Assembly (NCBI GenBank): GCA_964493085.1
Contig: CAZBLV010000014.1
Coordinates: forward strand, 1-53,662
Reading direction: 5' to 3'
DNA length: 53,662 nucleotides
Source of the DNA: an uncultured Candidatus Saccharibacteria bacterium
GTDB taxonomy: Bacteria > Patescibacteriota > Minisyncoccia > Minisyncoccales > GWA2-38-27
In this document: positions 45,860 through 53,662 of the stretch, in pieces
Position numbering within the stretch: position 1 is the first letter of the stretch
How the letters are laid out: every line of letters begins with the position of its first letter
Notes under the pieces: model-generated
What the model was told of the DNA's origin: nothing
What the model saw: only the letters and a program-made list of their open reading frames with translations
Database searches by the model: none
Translations under genes and position numbers: made by a program

Positions 45860-46744
45860 ATGCTTCGCAGAAAAAGAGTTTGGATTATTATTGGGATATT
45901 GGTTGCTTTGAACGTTCTGGCCTGGAGCGAAGTTTTCGATCTTAGAAGGCAAGAATTTCTTGAAGTAACCTTTTTTGATGTGGGACAGGGGGACGCTATT
46001 TTTATTGAAACCCCCAAAGGGCATCAAGTATTGATTGACGGAGGCCCCTCTAATGTGATTTTAGAAAAACTTTCCTCTGAGATGCCTTTTTATGACAAAA
46101 GACTAGATCTTGTCATTCTAACTCATCCGGACCATGATCATTACTTTGGACTTTTGGAGGTTTTAAAGAATTATAGAGTTGATAATGTTCTTTGGACAGG
46201 CGTAATAAAAGATACTGCTGAATGGAAAGAGTGGAAAAGATTATTGGAAGAAGAGGGGGCGGAAATAAGGATAGCTGAAGCAGGTCAGGAAATCAGGTTC
46301 CAGGACAATCTTTTTTTGAAGATATTATTTCCTTTAAAAAACCTGAAAGGGCAGGAAGCAGAAAACGTTAATGATACTTCTATTGTTGCCAAGCTGGTTT
46401 TTAAAGAAAGGTCCTTTCTTTTTACAGGAGACATTACTGATAGGGCAGAGCACAATATAGTGGGAGAATACGGCTCTCTTAAAGCTGATGTGTTGAAAAT
46501 TTCCCACCACGGAAGCGGAGACTCAAGCTCCGAAGGCTTCTTAAAAAGCGTTTCTCCTGTTTTCGGCGTTGTCCAGGTCGGAAAAGACAATAATTACGGT
46601 CACCCGGACCCCGAGGTATTGGCAAGACTGGAAGAATTTGGTATAGAAGTCCTAAGAACAGACGAGCAAGGAGATATTAAATTTATTTCTGAAGGAAAGT
46701 ATTTAAAATTAAAAACTGCGAGTGAAAAAATAAGCTCTTGGTAG
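45860..46744 (+). CDS. ComEC/Rec2-type metallo-beta-lactamase fold protein
   Basis: DVGQGD, THPDHDH, FTGD, HHGS, NNYGHP. Confidence 0.9.
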   Translation: MLRRKRVWIIIGILVALNVLAWSEVFDLRRQEFLEVTFFDVGQGDAIFIETPKGHQVLIDGGPSNVILEKLSSEMPFYDKRLDLVILTHPDHDHYFGLLEVLKNYRVDNVLWTGVIKDTAEWKEWKRLLEEEGAEIRIAEAGQEIRFQDNLFLKILFPLKNLKGQEAENVNDTSIVAKLVFKERSFLFTGDITDRAEHNIVGEYGSLKADVLKISHHGSGDSSSEGFLKSVSPVFGVVQVGKDNNYGHPDPEVLARLEEFGIEVLRTDEQGDIKFISEGKYLKLKTASEKISSW

Positions 46745-46749
46745 TTCAA

Positions 46750-47823
46750 ATGAAAGACTTAGAATTTCCATTATTTAAAACTAAAACCGAAGACAGCGAA
46801 ACATTTGATCTTACAAACCCCGAAGACAGAAGCTCTTACTTCCAACTAAAAGCCGGGGAAGAGATCAAGAAAATAAGAAAATACCTGAAAGAAGGCAACA
46901 GTTTTATCGCCTATCTTTTGGGCCCCAAGAGCTCGGGCAAAGGCACTTATGCCAAAATGTTTAAAGAAATTATAGACCCCGGGGACAGGATAGAGCATTT
47001 CTCTGTGGGAGACATGGTAAGAAGATTTGACCGGGTTATTGAAGACGAAGAGAAAAAGAAAGAATTCATCGCTTTTTTAAAAGAAAACTACAGAGGCTTT
47101 GTCCCGCTGGAAGAGATTATTTCTTCTTTGGAGAACAGGAGCACCGAGACTCTTCTTCCGACAGAACTGATATTGGCTTTGATCAAGAAGGAGATAGCCC
47201 GGAAAAGCAAAAAAGCTCTCTTTATAGACGGCTTTCCCAGAAACTTGGACCAGATTTCTTATTCTTTGTTTTTCAGGGATCTCGTTGAATACAGGGAGGA
47301 TCCGGATATCTTTGTCCTCATAAACGTGCCAGAATCCGTAATCGACGAAAGGATAAAATACAGAGTTATTTGCCCGCTTTGCCAGACTTCAAGAAATTCA
47401 AAGCTTTTGCCCACCAAAAAGGTAAAATATGACAAAAAAGAAGACAAGTTCTACCTGTTGTGCGACAATCCTGACTGCAGCGGAGCCAGAATGGTGCGAA
47501 AAGAAGGAGACGAGAAAGGCATAGAGCTGATCAGGAAAAGAATAGAAACAGACAGGGATCTAATTAAAAAAGCTTTTTCTCTGCACGGCATTCCCAAGGT
47601 GCTTTTAAGAAACTCTGTTCCCGTAGACAAGGCGGAAGAATATATTGATAATTACGAAATCACCCCGGCCTACAGCTATGAACGGGGAGAGGGGGAACAG
47701 GTTGAAGTCAAAGAAGACCCTTGGCAGATTAAAGACGACAAGGGCAAGGATTCTTACAGCCTAATGCCTCCCCCGGTGCTTGTTTCTTTAATAAAACAGC
47801 TTTCCGGAGTCTTAGGGCTATAA
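46750..47823 (+). CDS. Adenylate-kinase-like nucleoside monophosphate kinase (extended)
   Basis: GPKSSGKGT, HFSVGD, IDGFPR, CPLC..CDNPDC lid. Confidence 0.8.
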   Translation: MKDLEFPLFKTKTEDSETFDLTNPEDRSSYFQLKAGEEIKKIRKYLKEGNSFIAYLLGPKSSGKGTYAKMFKEIIDPGDRIEHFSVGDMVRRFDRVIEDEEKKKEFIAFLKENYRGFVPLEEIISSLENRSTETLLPTELILALIKKEIARKSKKALFIDGFPRNLDQISYSLFFRDLVEYREDPDIFVLINVPESVIDERIKYRVICPLCQTSRNSKLLPTKKVKYDKKEDKFYLLCDNPDCSGARMVRKEGDEKGIELIRKRIETDRDLIKKAFSLHGIPKVLLRNSVPVDKAEEYIDNYEITPAYSYERGEGEQVEVKEDPWQIKDDKGKDSYSLMPPPVLVSLIKQLSGVLGL

Positions 47824-47867
47824 AGAGAGAGCGTTTGACTAAAGCGTCGCCAGTGATAGAATGAAAG

Positions 47868-48007
47868 TGCCTCCACGCGTTTCCAATTAAATTCTGGACT
47901 ATAGTTTTTTAAACGGGAGTTCTATATTTGTATCCGCTGCGGCGGATACATGCGGACACCCACCTGGAATTTTTTCCTAGAATTTTCTTTAGAAACAGTG
48001 GGGGTTT
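47868..48007 (+). ncRNA. ssrS: Probable 6S RNA
   Basis: Promoter TTGACT-16-TAGAAT; rod CCTCCAC..GTTTC/GAAAC..GTGGGGG and AAATTCTGG/CTAGAATTT, central bubble with AACGGGA/ACCCACCT, apical TGTATCCGC/GCGGATACA. Confidence 0.7.
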
Positions 48008-48044
48008 TATATTAAAAAAATCTGCCCTTGAGAAGGCAGACATT

Positions 48045-48072
48045 TGCCGCAATTGCTGAACGAAGCTCGAAC
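48045..48072 (-). repeat. Putative recombination site, inverted copy at copper-island edge
   Basis: Reverse complement GTTCGAGC-TTCGTTCAGCAATT-GCGGCA; + strand reads LPQLLNEARTFFEQ. Confidence 0.5.
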
Positions 48073-48235
48073 CTTTTTCGAGCAACAATCTCTGCCGTGA
48101 ACGGCAGAAACCCGCCCGCTGGAAACCCCCAGCGATTTTTTCGGACGGTGGCAGGATTTCAAACTGGGCGGCAGGTGGAGTTAGTAATTTTATATTTCTA
48201 ATTTACCACAAACATGATAAAAAGTAAATTTGCTA

Positions 48236-48297
48236 TTGACTTAATTTTATGTGTTTGATAAATTAAAAATATAGACCTATACCTATGGTCGGGGTAT
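48236..48297 (+). promoter_or_regulatory. Promoter and CsoR-type operator
   Basis: TTGACT-17-TAAATT; ATACC-N9-GGTAT (48279-48297) with G tract. Confidence 0.65.
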
Positions 48298-48328
48298 GGA
48301 TAAATAACTAACTATTGATTTTAAAAAT

Positions 48329-48601
48329 ATGACTACCCAAAAAGAAAAAACTCTCATCAATTTCAAGAAGGCCCAAAGCTTAATATCAAAAATCATTAAG
48401 ATGGTGGAAGCCGATGAATACTGCATTGATATTATGCAGCAAAATTCGGCGGTGACAGGCCTTTTAAAGTCTGCCCATCAAATGCTGATGGAGAATCATC
48501 TTAATACTTGCTTTAAAAAAGCGATGGAAACAAAGAACGAGAAAAGAAAACAAGAGATGATCCAAGAAATTTTAAGGGTTACAAAATTATTTAATAGATA
48601 A
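48329..48601 (+). CDS. csoR: Copper-sensing repressor CsoR family
   Basis: YCIDIMQQ..ENHLNTC (C-H-C ligand set). Confidence 0.88.
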   Translation: MTTQKEKTLINFKKAQSLISKIIKMVEADEYCIDIMQQNSAVTGLLKSAHQMLMENHLNTCFKKAMETKNEKRKQEMIQEILRVTKLFNR

Positions 48602-48617
48602 AAAGAGACAAAAAGCT

Positions 48618-49412
48618 ATGTTTAAAAATACTTACTATTTATTTATTGTTGTGGTTATTCTGTTAATGACTGGGGTTGGGATATTTCTTAATCGTGCTTC
48701 TAATAAAGAGCCAGAATCCTTTGGTGAAAAATCAGAGAATATTATTGAAAGCCAATGTCAAGTTGGCGAAATGATCTTTTATTATCTCGACCAATGTAGT
48801 TGGTGCCAGAAAGTCAAAAATGAAGGAACAATTTCAAAAATTGAAGAACTGGGAGTTGAGGTAAAACAAATTAACGCTAACACTGGTCCGGTTCGACATC
48901 AATTTCGAGGGGTTCCAACTTTTGTTATAAACGAGAAAGTATATTCTGGTTATAGAACCTTTGAAGAATTACAGGAGTTACTCAAGTGTCCAGAAAAAGA
49001 AGATCGGCTTTTATCTAATGCTGAATTTGTCGGAGAAAAAGGAGAAAAAGTTTCTTTAGTGGGCGAGCAGTTAGAATTAAATGTTAAAACATATAATGAT
49101 AATTTAGTCTATTATTACAATACAAAACTTTCCAACGGAAAGATAATCTACTTTTTTATTGTCAAAGATAAAGCTGGCATTTATCGTGCCGCCGCCAACG
49201 CCTGCCAAGTTTGTTTTGACGCCAGAATGGGGTTCCGTCAAGAAGGTGATTTTATGGTTTGTAACACTTGCGGCAATAAATATCCTTTAGAGAAAATTGC
49301 CACCGAAAAGGGCGGTTGTAATCCTGGGCCGATAAATCCGAATCTAAAAGTTGAAAATGGGAAAATAATTATTAGTCAATCAGAGTTAGAACAAGTTGCT
49401 GATTTATTTTAA
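48618..49412 (+). CDS. Thioredoxin-like domain fused to DUF2318 Fe-S-like domain
   Basis: CSWC, GVPT; ANACQVC, CNTCG, GGCNP. Confidence 0.8.
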   Translation: MFKNTYYLFIVVVILLMTGVGIFLNRASNKEPESFGEKSENIIESQCQVGEMIFYYLDQCSWCQKVKNEGTISKIEELGVEVKQINANTGPVRHQFRGVPTFVINEKVYSGYRTFEELQELLKCPEKEDRLLSNAEFVGEKGEKVSLVGEQLELNVKTYNDNLVYYYNTKLSNGKIIYFFIVKDKAGIYRAAANACQVCFDARMGFRQEGDFMVCNTCGNKYPLEKIATEKGGCNPGPINPNLKVENGKIIISQSELEQVADLF

Positions 49413-49417
49413 ATGAT

Positions 49418-49780
49418 ATGCGTAAATCTATTCTTATAATTTTTATTCTTTTGACAGGTAGTTTAGTTGGTTACTCGGTTTTTAATATACAAAATCCTGA
49501 CTTTAGAAATTTGAGTCCAGAAGAAATGTATCAGAGAATAATTAAAGAAAGGGATTATGCGATTAATCAAGCAGTGGCAAAAGGAGATTTCAGATGTTGT
49601 ATAACGCCACCTTGCACGATGTGTTATATGGAAGCCAATCAATGGAATAGTTTTACTGCCGGCACTTGCGCTTGCGATAATTTAATCACCCAAGGCAAAG
49701 AACCCTGTCCTCAATGCAAAAAAGGGCTTTGTGGGGGCGGGAGTTCTACTTGTAATCACGAAACAACCAATACTCAATAA
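49418..49780 (+). CDS. Exported Cys-rich protein
   Basis: Signal/TM; CCITPPCTMC..CAC..PCPQC..C..C. Confidence 0.7.
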   Translation: MRKSILIIFILLTGSLVGYSVFNIQNPDFRNLSPEEMYQRIIKERDYAINQAVAKGDFRCCITPPCTMCYMEANQWNSFTAGTCACDNLITQGKEPCPQCKKGLCGGGSSTCNHETTNTQ

Positions 49781-49789
49781 ATAACTTCT

Positions 49790-51184
49790 ATGCTTAAAAA
49801 AATCAAAGTTCAAGTTGACGGAATTCATTGCAAAAGCTGTAAAACTTTGATTGAAACAGAGGTTGATGTTTTAGAAGGGGTGAAAGATATTGATGTTGAT
49901 TATCAAACTGGCGAGTGCTGGATAGAATTTGATGACCAGAAAATCTCTCAAAGGAAAATTTTCGAGACCATTGAAGGGTTGAATTATGAGGTATCAGGAA
50001 AAGAGACGGTCCCAAAAACCAAAAAAAGCACTTCTAAAAGATTGATTATCGCCGGCGCCTTATTGATTTTATTTGCCCTTGGTTATTATTTGATTAAGCA
50101 TTTCGGCCTTTTGGAAGTCCTTTCTAAATTGAACGAACAGCACATAAGCTACTGGCTGATTTTCTTAATTGGATTGTTGGTAAGTTTTCATTGCGTCGGG
50201 ATGTGTGGTGGATTGGTGGTTACTTATACGGCCCGGCACCATGCCGCAAACCAAGACCCCTCGGCCAAACTCGGGGCAGGCAAAAAAACAAATCACTCTA
50301 TTCCTCATTTACAATACAACGTCGGAAGGATGATTTCTTATACTCTTATCGGCGGCATTTTAGGCGGCATGGGTTCATTTTTTGGAATTAACCCGACATT
50401 TACGGGAGCAATTACTTTGCTCGCCGGCGGTTTTATGATCTTGATGGGTTTGTCTCTATTGACGCACTTTAAATGGTTAGAAAAGCTTAAATTAAAAACA
50501 CCGGCTTTTATCGCTCGTTTTCTTTACGGCCAGCGGCACACTAAAAAACCAAAAGGACCCTTTATCATCGGTCTGCTTAACGGCTTTATGCCCTGCGGAC
50601 CCCTCCAGGCAATGCAACTCTATGCGTTGGCTTCAGGAAGCATTACAAGGGGAGCCCTGTCAATGGGGATTTATGCTTTGGGTACTGTGCCTTTAATGTT
50701 TGGCTTTGGCACCTTTATTTCTTTAATCAGCCAAGAAAAAATTAAACAAGTGATGAAATTTTCAGGCGCTATTGTGATAATTTTAGGTTTATTTATGTTC
50801 AATCGCGGTTTAATAAATTTCGGCTATGGTTTTCGCGGTTTTATTCCCGAAAAATCCACCAGTCAGATCGAATATTTGGTACCTGGTGATATTAAGGAGT
50901 ACCAAATGGTAAAGATGGATTTAACATATCGCGGCTACTCCCCCAAAGTTCTCTTTATAAAAAAAGATATTCCTGTCCGTTGGGTTATTAATGTTCAGCA
51001 GATGACTGGTTGTACAGATGAGATAATAATGCCCGAATACAACATTAAAAAGCCACTTGAGTACGGCGAGAATATCATTGAATTTGTGCCTAAAAAGCTA
51101 GGCGATATTAAATTCAGTTGTTGGATGCAGATGGTTTGGGGAAAATTTGTGGTAACGGAAAAAGACATCAATCCAGAGCAATAA
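49790..51184 (+). CDS. HMA + DsbD_2/TauE-like membrane + cupredoxin fusion
   Basis: GIHCKSC, HCVGMCGG, MPCGPL, FSCWMQM; in-frame Cys-rich tail continues past TAA to 51298. Confidence 0.88.
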   Translation: MLKKIKVQVDGIHCKSCKTLIETEVDVLEGVKDIDVDYQTGECWIEFDDQKISQRKIFETIEGLNYEVSGKETVPKTKKSTSKRLIIAGALLILFALGYYLIKHFGLLEVLSKLNEQHISYWLIFLIGLLVSFHCVGMCGGLVVTYTARHHAANQDPSAKLGAGKKTNHSIPHLQYNVGRMISYTLIGGILGGMGSFFGINPTFTGAITLLAGGFMILMGLSLLTHFKWLEKLKLKTPAFIARFLYGQRHTKKPKGPFIIGLLNGFMPCGPLQAMQLYALASGSITRGALSMGIYALGTVPLMFGFGTFISLISQEKIKQVMKFSGAIVIILGLFMFNRGLINFGYGFRGFIPEKSTSQIEYLVPGDIKEYQMVKMDLTYRGYSPKVLFIKKDIPVRWVINVQQMTGCTDEIIMPEYNIKKPLEYGENIIEFVPKKLGDIKFSCWMQMVWGKFVVTEKDINPEQ

Positions 51185-51305
51185 AAATTAGAATTAGAAA
51201 AAACCAATTTGCCTCAGGACGCTTGCGGGGGCAGCGGGGCTTGCGAGGGCAATTGCGGTATTCCAACTTGTGGCTGTTCAAGAATAAAAGCTAAATAATA
51301 AAATT

Positions 51306-53564
51306 ATGACAGCAAAGATTATTCTAAAAATTTCAGGTATGCATTGCGCTTCTTGCGCCGTTAATATTGAGAACTCTCTGAAGAAAGAGAAAGGAATTAA
51401 ATTTGTCAATGTTAATTTTGCCTCGGAGAAAGCGAATTTAGAGTTTGAATCGAGTAAAATAAATATTTCCAAAATCCAAAAAATTATTGAAAAAATGGGT
51501 TATAAAGCTGAAGAAGAAAGTTTTGAGAAACAAATTAAAGGCAACCATAAAGATATAACCAGTCAAGAAACAGATCAATTAAAAAAGCGGTTTATTGTTT
51601 CCTTTGTTTTTGGCTTACCCCTCATTTATATAGCTATGGGTGGAATGCTTGGCTTGCCAATACCGCAATTTTTCAAAGAATGGGATATTTTAATTCAATT
51701 TATTTTAGCAACAATTGTAATTTTAGTTTGCTTTAATCTCTGGGTTTCTGGCTTTAAGAATTTAATACGACTGAAGCCCAATATGGATTCTTTAATTTTC
51801 ATTGGCACGGCTACCGCTTATTTTTATAGTCTTGCTGCATCTATTTCTTTTTTGCTGGGCGCCCAAGAATTACCCCCTCATTTATATTATGAAAGTGCCG
51901 TATTTATTCTTGTTTTTATTTCACTTGGTAAATATTTGGAAGCAATAACCAAAGGAAAAACAAGCGAAGCAATTAAAAAACTGATCGGTCTTCAACCGAA
52001 AGAAGCGACAATTGTAAAAGACAACGAGGAAATAAAAATTCCTATTTCTGAAGTAAGAGTCAGGGATATTATTTTGGTCAAACCCGGCGAAAAAATTCCC
52101 GTGGACGGAACCGTTATTGATGGCTATTCCGGCGTTGACGAGAAAGCCATTACCGGAGAAAGTATTCCTGTTGAAAAGAAAAAAGGCGATGAAGTAATCG
52201 GTGCAACCATCAACAAAACAGGGGTTTTGAAATTTAGAGCAACCCGGGTCGGCAAAGACACAATGCTGGGCCAAATTATAAAAATAGTTGAGGAAGCAAT
52301 GGGCTCCAAAGCGCCAATTCAGATTTTGGCTGATAGGGTTTCTTTTTATTTTGTTCCGTCCGTAATTGGTATTGCTATTTTGACTTTTGCCATCTGGTTT
52401 TTATTTGGGCAACCCCTTGCTTTTTCCTTAACGGTTTTTGTCTCCGTTTTAATTATCGCTTGCCCCTGCGCTTTGGGTTTGGCAACGCCAACGGCCGTAA
52501 TGATGGGGACGGGTCTGGCGGCCAAAAATGGCATTTTAATTAAAAGCGGCAAGGCCCTAGAAATTGCCCGCGATTTGGATATTGTTATTTTTGATAAAAC
52601 CGGGACTTTAACCAAAGGCGAGCCGAACGTTACCGATGTAGTAAAAATTAAAAATGATATTACCGAAAATTTAATTTTGCGAATTGCGGCATCTGTGGAA
52701 AAAAATTCTGAACATCCTTTGGCTCAAGCAATTATTAATAAGGCCAGAGAAGAAAAAACTAATTTTTCAGAAGTAAAAAATTTCCAAGCCATACCTGGCC
52801 GTGGCGTTTCAGCTGATTTAGAAAATAAAAAAATACTTTTCGGAACAAGAAGATTGATGGCTGATAATCAGATTGGCTCAAATTTGATAGAAGAAAAAAT
52901 GATCGCTCTAGAAAATCAAGGCAAAACAGCAATGATTTTAGCGCAGGATAAAAATATAATCGGCATTATCGTGGTGGCCGATACCCTTAAAGATTATTCA
53001 AAAGAAGCAATTAAGATGTTGCACAAAATGGGCAAAAAAGTAGCGATAATCACGGGAGACAATAAAAGGGTGGGGCAAGCTATTGCGAAGCTCGTCGGTA
53101 TAGATAGAATTTTAGCCGAGGTTTTGCCCCAAGAAAAATCAACCGAGATTAAAAAATTACAGAGTGAAGGAAATGTTGTGGCGATGGTTGGCGACGGTAT
53201 TAATGACGCGCCGGCTTTAGCTCAAGCTGATTTAGGCATTGCCTTGGGTTCGGGCACAGATGTGGCGATGGAAACCGGAGAGATAGTTTTAATCAAAGAT
53301 GATTTGAGAGATGTTGTCGCCGCCATTGATTTGAGCAAATACACTTTGAATAAAATCAAGCAAAATCTTTTCTGGGCTTTCTTTTATAACATTGTCGGTA
53401 TTCCTTTAGCGGCTGGAATTTTATATCCCTTCACTGGTTGGCTTTTAAATCCGGCGATTGCCGCCGCCGCGATGGCATTTTCGTCGGTTAGTGTTGTTTC
53501 CAATGCTCTTTTGATGAAAAGATATGAACCACAAAAGAGGAAAGGGTTTGCTCTGAAAATTTGA
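51306..53564 (+). CDS. copA: Copper-translocating P1B-type ATPase
   Basis: GMHCASC, TGES, CPC, DKTGT, SEHP, GDGIND, YN, MAFSS. Confidence 0.95.
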   Translation: MTAKIILKISGMHCASCAVNIENSLKKEKGIKFVNVNFASEKANLEFESSKINISKIQKIIEKMGYKAEEESFEKQIKGNHKDITSQETDQLKKRFIVSFVFGLPLIYIAMGGMLGLPIPQFFKEWDILIQFILATIVILVCFNLWVSGFKNLIRLKPNMDSLIFIGTATAYFYSLAASISFLLGAQELPPHLYYESAVFILVFISLGKYLEAITKGKTSEAIKKLIGLQPKEATIVKDNEEIKIPISEVRVRDIILVKPGEKIPVDGTVIDGYSGVDEKAITGESIPVEKKKGDEVIGATINKTGVLKFRATRVGKDTMLGQIIKIVEEAMGSKAPIQILADRVSFYFVPSVIGIAILTFAIWFLFGQPLAFSLTVFVSVLIIACPCALGLATPTAVMMGTGLAAKNGILIKSGKALEIARDLDIVIFDKTGTLTKGEPNVTDVVKIKNDITENLILRIAASVEKNSEHPLAQAIINKAREEKTNFSEVKNFQAIPGRGVSADLENKKILFGTRRLMADNQIGSNLIEEKMIALENQGKTAMILAQDKNIIGIIVVADTLKDYSKEAIKMLHKMGKKVAIITGDNKRVGQAIAKLVGIDRILAEVLPQEKSTEIKKLQSEGNVVAMVGDGINDAPALAQADLGIALGSGTDVAMETGEIVLIKDDLRDVVAAIDLSKYTLNKIKQNLFWAFFYNIVGIPLAAGILYPFTGWLLNPAIAAAAMAFSSVSVVSNALLMKRYEPQKRKGFALKI

Positions 53565-53575
53565 AATGTCTGAAT

Positions 53576-53649
53576 TGGTCGGGGTGCTGGGAATTGAACC
53601 CAGATCACACGCACCCCATGCGTGCATAATGCCATTATACGACACCCCG
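53576..53649 (-). tRNA. tRNA-Pro(GGG)
   Basis: Cloverleaf CGGGGTG/CACCCCG, anticodon arm CACGC-ATGGGGT-GCGTG, GTTCAATTCC, encoded CCA. Confidence 0.96.
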
Positions 53650-53662
53650 GATATCTTTTATT

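Larger units (their letters stand above)
48045..53575. mobile_element. Putative copper-resistance islet at tRNA-Pro 3' end (no integrase)
   Basis: Functionally coherent gene set, visibly more T-rich than core, bounded by tRNA 3' end and inverted site. Confidence 0.5.

Noticed and set aside
48286-48295. TGGTCGGGGT identical to the tRNA-Pro 3' end (53576-53585) as an att direct repeat
   Set aside because: Only 10 bp and lies inside the CsoR operator G-tract; as a boundary it would exclude the operon promoter. Likely coincidence.

Overview
Bacterial window in which essentially every protein gene lies on the + strand. Gene content (DUF5652, DUF5679, pilin-like fragment, A-rich leaders without Shine-Dalgarno) suggests a Patescibacteria/CPR (Parcubacteria-like) genome using code 11; this is inference. 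1-~10.9 kb is a compositionally mosaic accessory region: short, mostly single-gene units (NUDIX, NYN, TauE, DUF523, HIT, a Pro-1 protein, a CstR-like/thioredoxin/ferredoxin:thioredoxin reductase operon, a WG-repeat protein) are separated by copies of a degenerate ~28-bp site (GTTCTAAY-N14-SGAGCM). The right half of the site resembles a tRNA 3' end, and its minus strand reads as a conserved peptide (xLxxL[D/N]x[V/I]RT). This looks like an integron-like cassette array built on non-attC, non-dif sites, with no recombinase in the window, and is the main candidate novel system. 11-47.8 kb is more core-like: envelope proteins, tgt plus a queuosine-salvage gene with a structured ~235-nt RNA between them, a NifX/ferredoxin-ATPase cluster, MacAB-type exporter, ldh, rrf2-iscS-iscU-mpg-mnmA-thiI, ComEC-like MBL, an adenylate-kinase-like gene and a probable 6S RNA. 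48.0-53.6 kb is a CsoR-CopA copper island lying between an inverted copy of the same site and tRNA-Pro(GGG). All calls are by eye from motifs; no searches were run.
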